Part shown: piece after piece, positions 1 through 10,791 of the stretch
Position numbering within the stretch: position 1 is the stretch's first letter
Layout: the number at the start of each line of letters is the position of its first letter
Origin: Lepidodermella squamata
Lineage: Eukaryota > Animalia > Gastrotricha
Assembly (NCBI GenBank): GCA_047495785.1
Contig: JBLDXI010000054.1
Coordinates: forward strand, 2,108,001 to 2,172,000
Reading direction: 5' to 3'
DNA length: 64,000 nucleotides
Made by a program: the position numbers and the translations under genes
The notes under the pieces: generated by a model
Databases searched by the model: none
The model's input: only the letters and a program-made list of their open reading frames with translations
What the model was told of the DNA's origin: nothing

Positions 1-331
1 GCTTAATACAGAATTATTATTTGTATAATTTTTGCTGAAAGTAGCAACGCCACTTTCTAACTTTTTAGTGGGTTCAGTCTATTTTCAGTAAGGTGGCGAA
101 TTTTTATATTGAAATAGTTTCGCAACTGCCCGACGAATCCAGGTTTCAGGATCAGCAGCACCGGCCCGATAGCCATCTCGCTCATCAATACCAAATTGGC
201 GACGTTTTATATTTCCCACTGAGCTCGATTTCCGCCTCGCGGTTCGAATTACTTTAAAAGCCATCCTGTAAGGGGAAATATTTTAATGAAATCGATACAT
301 AATAAAAATTGAGACCCTCGGCAAGAAAAGC
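1..331 (-). pseudogene. Duplicated, internally deleted last-exon fragment of the 7TM receptor gene at 10792-12098
   Basis: Positions 1-331 align closely with about 10738-11251 (3' flank, last exon and part of the intron). The copy jumps from ...ttggcgacg (equivalent to 10939) to ttttat... (equivalent to 11125), a 185-nt frameshifting deletion. Confidence 0.85.
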
Positions 332-3300
332 CTGGGAATTGAGGGAATTGGCATAATTGTAAGTTCTAAATGCACCCATGTGTAGGATGTATCTATGGTT
401 TTTTTCATAGGCTGATGCTTCTCGAGGTAGCCCGCCTTCATGTCCCTTCAATATCCTTTCACCTAGCAACGCTGTCACTGTCGAGGCGACTGCCTGCCAG
501 CGAGTGAATGCTTATCAGCAGCCGTTTAATTTCATGATAATTGCTACAGCTTACGACTGCAATGGTGCATTTAGGCCTCGCCTATCGTACAAAATATGGC
601 TGCTTCTGCTTCTCCCTTATCTTTTAGAAGAGGTATCGAGAGTCATTAAAAGATTTTTCCGCTCACTAGTCACTTTCTTGGAATAAACAATTTTTTTCGT
701 GCACTCTATCACGCCTAAATGTCGTCCCCTTTCGGTCTAATTCGAGTTGTAAACATGCTGAAAGTGAAGACTTTCGACGCTCCAGCATGGGTGCGGCAGA
801 TAAACTCGAAAGATGCGACGAGAATAAATTTCGAGTACGTCGAAAAAATCGAGAGCGAATACGACACCGACAAGCGCAAGGGCGTTGCTAAATTTTGTGA
901 AATTCTCAATTTTAATCTGGAGCGAGACCTCGAGATTTATGTTCAAGCAGCTAGAGAACTGCGGCTGGACTCAATCGTCAATGCGATACTAGCTGAATTG
1001 GACGCTATTACCCACCCTAAGGAGGGCGAGTACCCGTCAAAGGAAGATACAGAAGCGGCTAAAATTCTGTTAGAAAAACTAAAACCTAGACGAGAAGCTC
1101 CCAAAGTTGAGAATGAGCCAAACAGGTAAAATGAATACGAAATTTGAATTTAGGTCCTTTAAACGATCATATTATCAGAAAACCAGAGGAGCCTGCCAAT
1201 CCCCAACCTGTGCCCGATAGCAAGCCGAACAAGCCGAAAACAATGGATCTAAAGCAACTGCCGGCGCTACTTGATGAGCAACTTGATAACGACTACAACC
1301 GCGTCCAATCTGCGAAAATCGTGGGAAGCCGTGTTGATAATCGAGACGGAATCCTCCGCAGATTTGTCTCAAAAATTGACAATGTTGTTACAGAGCCGCC
1401 ATCTGCAAATAACTCCAATGACTCCGCAAAAATTAACATTTTCATAAGTTATTGCAGGCGTAGTCGCAAGGAAGCAGTTCATGAAATGGCCAATTACCTC
1501 ATGAATCAGCCTGACTTGACAGTTTGGATTGATATGCAAAATATCAGTGGCTACTCTTATGAATCTATGGCTAAGGTATGAACTACATTTCTAAAAGAAA
1601 CTAGCGTAAAAATTGCTGAACAGGGAATCGACGAGGCAGATATTGTAATATGTTTCTTCAGTCAAGAATACTCCCTCAGCCCAAACTGCAGACGAGAAAT
1701 TGAGTATGCCGCCAATAAGAATAAAGACATCCTACCGATTAGGGTCGAGAAAGGCTACCGACCCGATGGATGGCTCTTGTTCATCTTCAAATCGCAGCTT
1801 CGATTTGATTATTGTGAAGGAGATAACTTCCAAGAATGTGCTGCTAAAATCATCCAAACTGTAAAATATATGATTGGACCCAATGCTACGGCTTCAACTA
1901 AGGGCAATGTGCCTATAGAGAAAACCAGCTCATTCAAGTTAGTCAACCTATATATCAAGTAATTAAAAAGTCCCCAATAATTTTGCAGCTTCAAGGCTAT
2001 TGGAGTACCATTCTTCTCGAAATCCAAGTACTTCAGCCGAACTGAAGACGATGAGCGAATTTTACAGCAGATGAAAGTTGCGTCTCAAACTCCGGAAGAA
2101 GGCTGCTTAGTAATCAGTGGCGATGGTGGGGTTGGAAAGACAACCCTCGTAGCTCGCTTGGTCACTGATGAAAACAGGTCTAGTTTTTACGTTCAAGAAT
2201 GCAACTTGAATCGAGTGATATGGGTCAACTGCTTCGACTGGCGAGATCACTTTGACGAGAAGCCTTTCGTTGATAAAATTGTCAACTTGGCAAAGGATAT
2301 GGAAGATTCTGATAAATCAGCTTCTTTCTCGAATCTCCAGAGTGTGGCAAGTTACTACCGCAAAAAGAATCTGCGAATCGCCTTTGTCCTTGACGATATG
2401 TTCAACCATCGCCTTATCGTGTCATTCCTAGAAAAATTCAACGACCCACCGATTTGCTTTATTGTGACGAGAGACGCGCAAACAATCATCGATGCAGATT
2501 TCACAATTGTTCAGAAGGTCGAACGGGTTGAAGAATTGACCGATGATGGCATTAAAGATATGCTGAAATCGACCTTCAAACTTCACGGCGTTTTGACTGA
2601 TGACCAGCTCATGAATCTCGCGAGTCTTTGCTGTGGCCTCCCTCTCATCGCCAGCTTAATGGCGGCAAGAATTTTGAACTGCGAGGATAAAACTGAGGTC
2701 AGGGCTGAGTATAAGCGGCTCATCTCGCCTCAATACGGGATAAGAGACCTGACAATGACAACGCAAAATCGGTCTTTCAAGACTGTCTCTAGCCTGTTGA
2801 CTTTCAGTTTGGACCAAATGGATGAAAGTCTACGATATCTCTACTACGCGTTTTTGCTATTCAACCCAGCCGAGCCTGTTTCAATTTTCGATCTGGGAGT
2901 GCTCTGGGGCTTCGATCTGGACGAAGTGAATCGTTGTGGCCTCCGCCGGATCTGTCGCGCTTTCGAGAAGAGATCATTAGTTAGGCGGGTTAAAAAGTTG
3001 GTCAACGACTCGGACGAAGATGACCAGGAGAAGCAAGATGTTAGCGAAACTGAGTTGGATGACCGGGTAGAAGATCGTTTTTTGCTCCATCAAATGCTCT
3101 GGGAATCGGCTCAAGAGAAAGCTAGATCCGAATTGGGGCTCACAGGTTCAGAGGATGAATGCCTGTCAGAAATTCGGAAGCGGCTCATTTTCAACGAGAT
3201 GAATAGTCCAGATAGCAATCTGCCCAAAAACGACCAGTTAGCCATTACATTAGCCGCCTTAAAATATAGGCGTAGTATTGTGATTGAGCGAATCTATCAA

Positions 3301-3529
3301 AAACTTGACACGGTTAGTCTCCAAAAGTTATTTTTGATGAAAAGCAAGCAAACTGGCGGTCGATTTCTTGCAATTTTAATTTTCGAAAGTCTGCCTCGTT
3401 ATACTTACGCTAATACTAAAAGCTAACTTTCAAAAAACTAACGCGTGAAAACCACTCATGGGACACTTTCGAAAAACTAGCGTTTCCAAAATTTTGCTTG
3501 ATAGCTTTTTCGAAAAACTATCGTTTCCG

Positions 3530-3804
3530 TGTAACATATGTATATATTAGTGAGCATATTAGTGTTTCGCGCCGCTTGGTTGCGCGCCCGCCTCGGAGTG
3601 GCGCGCACGCTATAATTGCGCCTGTTCGCTATTGGTGCGCTCTATAATTGTACAGCGTTATGATTGGTTAGAACCGTTCTAGAAACTTCTATACTCTTGT
3701 TCTAGTATATTCGATTCCCGCCATATACTCGTATATAAAGTCACAGATTTATCGGAATAAATAAGATTGAAGTTTGCTCACTCGTCTTGTGTTCAACTCT
3801 TACA
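3530..3804 (+). repeat. 5' LTR
   Basis: TGTAAC...TTACA. Contains a TATA-like TATATAAA (about 3732) and AATAAA (about 3756). Confidence 0.95.
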
Positions 3805-3807
3805 TTT

Positions 3808-3823
3808 TGGTGGCCACTGCCCC
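3808..3823 (+). promoter_or_regulatory. Primer-binding site (complementary to a tRNA 3' end, possibly tRNA-Ile type ...GGCCA-CCA)
   Basis: TGGTGGCCACTGCCCG lies 3 nt downstream of the 5' LTR. The tRNA identity is an inference. Confidence 0.65.
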
Positions 3824-3853
3824 GAATCTCGCCTTCGTTCTTTTGTCGCTAGT

Positions 3854-4885
3854 ATGCCGCTCAAGCCGAAACCGCCCGTTTTCTCTGCCGGCTGCAACAT
3901 CCGCGAGTTTGTGCAGCAATTTAATCGTTACCTGGACCTCGCGGGGGTCAACCTCTCTCAGGCGCAACGCCTTCAACACCTGTCCGTCGCGCTACCCACG
4001 GACCTCTACCGCTTGTTGGATGTCGAGATTACCGCCGCCGCTCCGGCCGACAATTTCAATACCGTCACCGAGCGCTTTTTGCTGGCCGCCGGCGCCCCGC
4101 CACCCGATCCCGCTACCGAGCAGGCTGCCTTCGAGGCTGCGAAGCCGAAGTCCGGCGAGAACATGGCCGCGTTTGCTGGTCGCCTCGGTGTGCTGGCTTC
4201 AACCGCCTACTCGACGATGGACGCAGCCGCTCGCGCCCTGCTGGTCAAACGCCGTTTCATCGCCGCGATGGCCGCCGATCACCCGGACGTCTACAAGGCG
4301 CTCGAGGTCGCTCAGCCCGCCACTGTCGCCGATGCTGTCAAGATCGCGACCGCTCACTTCCGCGCCGACGAGCTGATCAACGCCGCAAAGTCGAGCTACG
4401 GCAAACCGCTTGCGCCTGGTGCTGTTCCGCAAGTGGCAGGTACTGTCACTCTTAATTCTACTTCTCACTCGGCGGCTAGTGCCCCGCCTGTAGCCCCGGC
4501 CCCAGCTAGTGCGCCTCCGGGGGGTGCGAATAGTTCTGCACTGCCTAGTTCTAGTTTGACTAGCAATATCTCTGATCTCGTTAGTTTTGCTCGTGCCTTG
4601 CGCATTGCTGATCGCCGTGGTAGGGGCCCTAGGCCTAGCTTTCAGGCTTACCATGCGCGACGAGGCATGGCCCCCTCGTTTGCTATGCGTGGCTCAGGTA
4701 GACAATCGCGCGGCTTTCCGAATAACCGTAGAAACAATCAGCGCTCTGCTTCTGCTTTTTCTGCGCCTGATAGTCGCAACGCGCCGTTCGAACGTCCACA
4801 TGGACAAGCGTGCTTCACTTGCCAAGGCGTAGGACATTTCGCTCGTGACTGCCCAAACGGGCAGAGGCCGGCCAGCCGTTTCTAA
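3854..4885 (+). CDS. gag: Gypsy Gag (capsid plus CCHC zinc knuckle)
   Basis: ATG at 3854 (MPLKPKPPVFS), capsid-like helical region and the C-terminal knuckle CFTCQGVGHFARDC. Confidence 0.92.
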   Translation: MPLKPKPPVFSAGCNIREFVQQFNRYLDLAGVNLSQAQRLQHLSVALPTDLYRLLDVEITAAAPADNFNTVTERFLLAAGAPPPDPATEQAAFEAAKPKSGENMAAFAGRLGVLASTAYSTMDAAARALLVKRRFIAAMAADHPDVYKALEVAQPATVADAVKIATAHFRADELINAAKSSYGKPLAPGAVPQVAGTVTLNSTSHSAASAPPVAPAPASAPPGGANSSALPSSSLTSNISDLVSFARALRIADRRGRGPRPSFQAYHARRGMAPSFAMRGSGRQSRGFPNNRRNNQRSASAFSAPDSRNAPFERPHGQACFTCQGVGHFARDCPNGQRPASRF

Positions 4886-4896
4886 GCTGGTCGGCC
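4852..4896 (+). promoter_or_regulatory. Programmed -1 ribosomal frameshift signal (gag to pol)
   Basis: In-phase slippery heptamer C CCA AAC (4852-4858), 7-nt spacer, then an 11-bp stem GGCCGGCCAGC/GCTGGTCGGCC with a 9-nt loop. The -1 frame is open from here into the protease LVDTGA. Confidence 0.8.
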
Positions 4897-7800
4897 AGGC
4901 CAAAATTAGCGGCAGTTAGTACACGCCAGCGCGACTGTCGCATAGCTGTTAAAGTCGCTGGTCGTCAGGTGCTCGCTTTAGTGGACACGGGTGCGACTGT
5001 GAGTGTGCTGTCTGAGCGATTTGTGCAGTGGTTGAATGATGTGAAATTGGACGATGTTAACGTAGAGCCGCTGTTAGGCGCAGATAAGTCGCTTTTATCG
5101 GTCACCGCTGCTGCCACAGTCGATGTAGTTTTTCCGCCTGCGTTCTCGGTCGCACACCGCTTTCTTGTGAGCCCTGATATTATGACTGATGTGACCCTTG
5201 GTTATGACTTTATGACAATGCATGGTGTATGTTTGGATGCCGCAAGTAACTCGTTCATTATAGCTAATCAAAATTACCCTATCATCGGTGGGAGTGTGAC
5301 GAGTTCTGTGAGGAGTGTGGTGCGCGCTGATGAGCATCTTTTGGCGCCTGCACAACTAGAGGCGCGCGACGCGCTGCTGCGTCAATTTTCTTGTCTTTTT
5401 GATGGCAGACCTGGTTCGACTCATCTCGCCGAGCACTCGATCGATACTGGTGACGCTCCGCCGTGCCGTGCTTACCGCCGACCTCGCTCACCTGCTGAAC
5501 TCGCCGAAATCGACCGACAGATCGACGAAATGCTTGCCAACGGCATCATCGAGCCGTCGACCTCGCCGTGGTCCTCAGCGATAGTTCTCACCAACAAATC
5601 TGATGGTACCAAACGCTTTGCCATCGACTACCGTCGCCTCAATGCTGTTACTCGAAAGACCGTCACGCCGTTGCCACTTCACGTCGAATTCTTCGATCGC
5701 CTCGCGGGTGCCAAGCTGTTTTCAGTGCTCGACCTAAAATCGGGCTATTGGCAAATTCCGATCAACCCTCGCGACCGCCACAAGACCGCGTTCGAAAGTC
5801 ATCGAGGCCTGTTCCAGTTCCGGTACATGGCATTCGGCCTGTGCAATGCCCCGTTTTCGTTCCAGACGCTGATGAACAACGTTCTTGGTGACCTGATCTA
5901 CCGTCGCAAAGTGCTCGTCTTTCTCGATGACATCATCATCTGGTCGTCGTCAGTCGAAGAACATCTACAACTGCTGGAAGAAGTCTTCATTCGTCTCCGT
6001 GATGCTGGTCTCAAGCTGAATCTCAAGAAGTGCAAGCTGTTCGCGAAGCAAGTCAAGTACCTCGGCTTCATCGTCGACGAAAACGGAATTCGCCCTGATC
6101 CTGCGAAAGTCCGTGCAATCGAACACTTCCCGCGCCCGGCTACCGCTTCGGAACTACGTCGCTTTTTCGGCATGGCAAGTTATCTACGTCAACACGTTCG
6201 CAATTTCGCCCAGCTGGCCGCGCCGTTCTGCGATTTGCTCAACGCCAAGGACGACGAGTTCTTCTGGACCAAGGCTCAGGAAGACGCGTTTCAAGGACTG
6301 AAGGCTGCAATCATCGAAGCTGTCGCGCTCGCTCACCCTCGGTTCGATCTACCGTTTCGAATCTCTGCCGATGCGTCAGACACTGCTGTTGGTGCCGTGC
6401 TCGCTCAGGTTCAAGATGGAATCGAAACACCGATCGCCTTCGCTAGCCGCAAGCTCAATCAAGCCGAACAACGTTACCCGACAACGGAGAAAGAAGCACT
6501 CGCTCTCGTTTTCGCAACGCAGCAGTTTCGTCACTACATCCACGGCGCTCCTGTCGTTTAGCTGTCCGATCACAAGCCGCTCAAAGGTCTACGCACGTCG
6601 CCAAAATTGTCGCCGCGCATGCAACGCTGGGTAATTTGGCTGGAGCAGTTCAACTTCGATATCGAGTACGTGCCTGGTTCGCAGCAAATCGTCGCCGACG
6701 CCCTCTCTCGTGCTCCTGTCGACAGTGCCGATGACCGTTTCGACGATCTCGCGTTTCCGCCGCTCGTTCGCCAAATCGACATCACCCGCGGTTGTCAGCT
6801 CGAGGACGCTTATGTTCGACAACTTCAGCTCAACGACCCGGTGCTCGGACCCGTTCTACAACAGCTCGACGCCGACCGCCGTCGCCGCCCGACCGCTGAC
6901 AACGAACAAGGCCGCCGCTTCGCCGCGAAGTTTCGCCAGTTCCGCCAAATAGGTGGACTCTTCTACCTGTGCGTCAATGGTCGCAATTTGCTGATTGTTC
7001 CCGAAGCGTTACGTTCTGAAGTCTTGTACTACTGCCACACGTGCACAATGGCCGCTCACCCTGGGATCGCTGGTACAATGGATCGCTTGCGTACGTCTTA
7101 CTACTGGCCTACGATGGGCAATGATGTTCGCCGATTCGTGCTCGCCTGTTCGTCGTGTGGTCAAGCCAAGCCGTTCAATCAACGCCGCTCAGCGCCGCTT
7201 CAGTCGATCGAAGCCTCGTTTCCGCTCGAGTACGTCTCGATGGACGTCGTCTCGTTGCCATGGACGCCTCGTGGGCACATGGGCTGCCTAGTCATCACCG
7301 ATCTCTTCACCAAGTGGGCCGAAGTTTACCCGCTGCTCAATCACACCGCGGAGGAAATCGCACCAAAGGTTGTCGATTTTATTGCTCGTTACGGTATTCC
7401 GTCTTGTTTGCTTTCAGATCAAGGAGCTGAGTTCGAATCCGCGTTGCTGGAGAAGTTGTACAATCATCTCGGCCTTAGGAAGATTCGCACGGCAGGTCAT
7501 CACCCGAAAACTGACGGTCAGGCCGAACGCTGCAACCGCTGTCTCATCGAAATGCTCCGGGCGACTACAACCGATCGTCGTTGTCATTGGGACGAAGTGC
7601 TGCCCGCCGTTCTCTTCGCCTACCGCTCCGCTGTCAACTCGTCGACCGGTTTCAGCCCGTACGAGCTGCTCTACGGCCGTCCGCCCAGGCTGCCCGGTCA
7701 CTTGATCCTCGCCGAGTTCACGCCCGTTCGTCGCCCGCCGGAAGCTCACCTGGCTCAGCTTCAACGCATTCTGCAACGCCAGTGGGAGCAGGCCCGCGCC

Positions 7801-8289
7801 AACCTCGACGAAGCCCGGCTACGTCAAAAGCGCTACTACGACCGCTACGCCAGCACTCGTCAGTTCGAGAAGGGCGATCTTGTTTGGATAACCGCTCCGA
7901 CTCGCACGGCCAAGCTGCTTCCGGTGTTTCTCGGACCGTACCGCGTTGAAGACCGCCTCGCCAACAACGTCAACTACCGACTTCGAAAGCTGCCCGCCGA
8001 ACAGAACGCGAACACCATCGTCGTCAACGTCGACCGTCTCAAACCGTGTGGCCAGTTCGAGGACTGGATGTCTCGACCAACTACGCTGCCGCCTGCGCCA
8101 GCGCCCGCCAACGCACCGTCTCGCGTCATGACTCGTGCCTCGAAGCAACCGCAACGTTACGGCTACGTCGACACCGATTTCGCTCTGCGCGGCCTGGTTC
8201 GAAGCGTTGACTCACCCGTCTCGTTCGACTACGATTTCATCGCCTTAACGCTTATCTGTTTTGTGTTAACGCTTCTTTCGAGTTTCTGA
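4858..8289 (+). pseudogene. pol: Gypsy Pol (protease, RT, RNase H, integrase) with one in-frame TAG at 6559-6561
   Basis: Protease LVDTGA; RT LDLKSGYWQI, FGLCNAP, VFLDD; RNase H DAS, EKEALA, V*LSDHKPL; integrase HHCC, DVV...SDQG...AER and GPY. ORFs 4969-6561 and 6607-8289 are in the same frame. Confidence 0.93.
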
Positions 8290-8559
8290 TGATATTTGAT
8301 GATTTCTGATGATTTCCACTGTTCTTGATATTTGAACTTGTACTTTGGGTATATTTGGCATCACTGTTTTTTTAAGAGGGAGAGAGTGTTGTTGTTGTCT
8401 GTTATATTTTCAGTTGGCATTTCTGCTTGATGTCTCTTGTAGTCTCAGTTGTAATTGCACTATATTATGCTACTGTCTTCGAAAACTATGTATTGTATTT
8501 TTGTTTTTGTTTTGCGCTCCTTGCCTCACCCTAGTAGCTTTTCCTAGAAGGGGGAGGTA

Positions 8560-8834
8560 TGTAACATATGTATATATTAGTGAGCATATTAGTGTTTCGC
8601 GCCGCTTGGTTGCGCGCCCGCCTCGGAGTGGCGCGCACGCTATAATTGCGCCTGTTCGCTATTGGTGCGCTCTATAGTTGTACAGCGTTATGATTGGTTA
8701 GAACCGTTCTAGAAACTTCTATACTCTTGTTCTAGTATATTCGATTCCCGCCATATACTCGTATATAAAGTCACAGATTTATCGGAATAAATAAGATTGA
8801 AGTTTGCTCACTCGTCTTGTGTTCAACTCTTACA
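8560..8834 (+). repeat. 3' LTR
   Basis: Near-identical direct repeat of 3530-3804. Confidence 0.95.
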
Positions 8835-9077
8835 TCCGAAATTGTGCTTGATAGCTTTTTCGAAAAACTAGCGTTTCCTAAATTGTGCTTGATAGCTTTT
8901 TCGAAAAACTAGCGTTTTACAAGCTGCAACATGTGGCAGTTATTGATTGCGCAACAATAGTTACCAATGTTACCAACGTTACCAAGTTGCCAATGCTGCA
9001 AACTTAGCCAAAGTAACAAAAGTTAACAACCCAAAAAATTCATACATAAGCGCAAAAATGACCAATATTATATGACA

Positions 9078-9169
9078 GCCAATGGCTCAGTGGAAAGAGT
9101 GCCTGTCTTCGTAAGAGATGGTGATTAAGGATTGATGGTTCAAAGCTCATCACCAACCATCCTTTTTTT
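9078..9169 (+). other. tRNA-derived segment with Pol III A/B boxes and T-run
   Basis: A box TGGCTCAGTGG (9083-9093), B-box-like GGTTCAAAGC (9137-9146) and T7 at 9163. The acceptor stem does not pair, so it is not a functional tRNA. Confidence 0.6.
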
Positions 9170-10791
9170 CATTTTCCCACTACGGTAAGAACTACGGTAG
9201 AACTACGGCAGAGATCGGCATCATGCTGAGTCGGATAAAGAAATGCTAAGAATGGGGGTATACCAAGAGTCTGTTCCGAATCAGTGCTACACCTTTCTTA
9301 AACTCGCTTTCAACAAGCTCTATACTGCCATACCCAGAAATGACTTCTATCAAATCTTCTATGAAAGGCAAGATGGTAATGAATTTTCTTGCCTTCTGGT
9401 TGATTTGGTCAAAGAGACAGCTCGCGATTTCCAGTTGCTTCACCGCTTAACGCTAATGACAAGGATTTCAGGCTTGATTGAAGAGGGCATGGAAATTCTT
9501 TGGGAGTCAGAGTTCAGCGACCCTAAGAAGTCGCACCCCGAAATTATAATCAAAGCCTTTCACGGAGACCTAGAAGGGTTTGAAGCTTTAATTGAATCCT
9601 GCACTGATACTAAGTTGAAGGGGCTAGTTGCGACGGTAGCGACTCGGAGAACTCATCTTAAAATATTGAGGCGAATAGCTGAAGTTTGGCCTGACTTGAT
9701 TGAAGGCAGGAAAATATTCATGGCCCACTTAGCTGCGAAAAAAGGAAATCTTGATATTTTAAAGTTTTTGAATGAGCGTTCCCCTGCGTTTTAATGTTCA
9801 GCGACGATAGAAGACGGTATCCGTTGCACTGGGCTGCGGAATTTGGCCATTACGAGTGCGTTCAGTACCTCATTGATCGATACCCAGAGGCAAAGAGCTG
9901 CAAGGATGAGGATCAATGCACAGCTTTTGCATTGGCATGCCAGTATGGCCACCTTAACATCGCAGAGTTCCTCAGAGCGCAGAATCCGGAGATTGTTACC
10001 GAGTCGCTGGGAAAGGAAGGCGCCCCTCTCCGGGAGGCTGCGCGGAACAACCACCTTGAAGTTTGTAGATATTTGCTCAAAATGAGCCCTCCCATCGATC
10101 GCTTTAGCGCTCTAGGTTTAGCAGCGACATTGGGCCATGTGGACATTGTCAGATATTTTCTAGAAGAAGATCCGGAATGCGCGTGGTTCACGTCGGACGA
10201 TCCCGATGACGATATGCCGCCGATTTTGCCTGCAGCGATGGCTGGCAGTCTTGAAGTTGTTGAATTGCTGTATGGTAAGTGCAAGCATGAGTACCGCTCC
10301 GACGAAAGGATAACAGTGTTGATGGCGGCAGCAGTGACTGGCCACCTCGACATAGTGCAATTCTTGGTCGCCAAGGACCCATCGTCTGTCTACGAGAAAG
10401 ATGATGAAGACAAAACTGCTCTTGATTTGGCTGAAAAGCAGGGCCAAACGCACGTTGTTCAATTTTTGAAAGAATGCATGTGAAAAAACACTTACATGTG
10501 GAGAATAATAAAGCAAATTCTAATAACAACAACCGATAACTTGAGATCACTTGGGCCTTCATTCACCCAACCCCTATTCTCGCCTATGAAAAAAATGCAG
10601 GATTTTTTTCCTAAATTAATTGTTTACAGTTCTGAAACCTAAAATGAGAGAAAATACATTTACCTTGCCATAATTTGTTTGTTCATATTATCGTAATTTT
10701 TTAATCGTAATTTGAAAAATTAAGCATCTATATTGACGCTTAATAAAGAAATTATTTGTATCATTTCCGCTGAAAGTAACAACGCCACTTT

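Larger units (their letters stand above)
3530..8834 (+). mobile_element. Full-length Ty3/Gypsy LTR retrotransposon, recent insertion
   Basis: 275-bp LTRs (TG...CA) at 3530-3804 and 8560-8834 differ at one visible site (3647 a, 8677 g). 4-bp TSD TCCG (3526-3529 and 8835-8838), PBS TGGTGGCCACTG just after the 5' LTR, PPT AGAAGGGGGAGG before the 3' LTR, and domain order PR-RT-RH-IN. Confidence 0.97.
3467..8917. repeat. 41-bp minisatellite (about 4 units, ttcgaaaaactagcgtttccNaaattKtgcttgatagcttt) split by the Gypsy insertion
   Basis: Units at 3467-3529 continue in register at 8835-8917 on the other side of the LTR element. Confidence 0.8.
3359..9219. mobile_element. Putative non-autonomous element (or intron) inserted in the NB-ARC/ankyrin coding region; it hosts the Gypsy element
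   Basis: The ends GTCGATTTCT (3359) and AGAGATCGGC (9210-9219) are imperfect inverted repeats (8/10). Removing 3359-9219 restores the reading frame (T-G-D-H-A-E-S-D-K-E-M). It contains a 41-bp minisatellite and a tRNA-like segment. Confidence 0.45.
719..10483 (+). pseudogene. STAND/NLR-like gene: possible death-fold (CARD-like) N-terminus, TIR, NB-ARC and ankyrin repeats; probably disrupted
   Basis: Frame-compatible exons 719-1125, 1179-1575, 1624-1937 and 1989-3358 (GT-AG introns of 53, 48 and 51 nt), resuming at about 9214/9220-10483. TIR: IFISYCRRS...VWIDM...GIDEADIVICFFSQEYSLSPNCRREIEYA...PDGWL. NB-ARC: P-loop GDGGVGKT, Walker B AFVLDD, IVTR, GLPL and the MHD-like LHQ. Ankyrins: HLAAKKGNLDILKFL, YPLHWAAEFGHYECVQYL, TALDLAEKQGQTHVVQFL. 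There is a 5.9-kb insertion at 3359 and a frameshift at about 9790 (overlapping TAATG). Confidence 0.85.

Noticed and set aside
1126-1153. A 28-nt micro-intron (GTAAAA...TTTAG)
   Set aside because: It breaks the frame. The acceptor at 1178 (53-nt intron) keeps the frame.
3774-8154. Numerous alternative-frame and antisense ORFs inside the Gypsy element and LINEs
   Set aside because: They are expected shadows of GC-rich coding sequence with no independent motifs.
8220-8677. Hydrophobic integrase tail and ORF 8345-8677 as a possible env
   Set aside because: Both derive from T-rich 3' UTR or LTR sequence, with no signal peptide, furin site or adequate length.
3467-8917. 41-bp repeats as a CRISPR-like array
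   Set aside because: They are head-to-tail with no unique spacers, in a eukaryotic context with no cas genes.
9078-9169. Functional tRNA gene (also considered for 41580-41668)
   Set aside because: A and B boxes are present, but the acceptor and anticodon stems do not pair.
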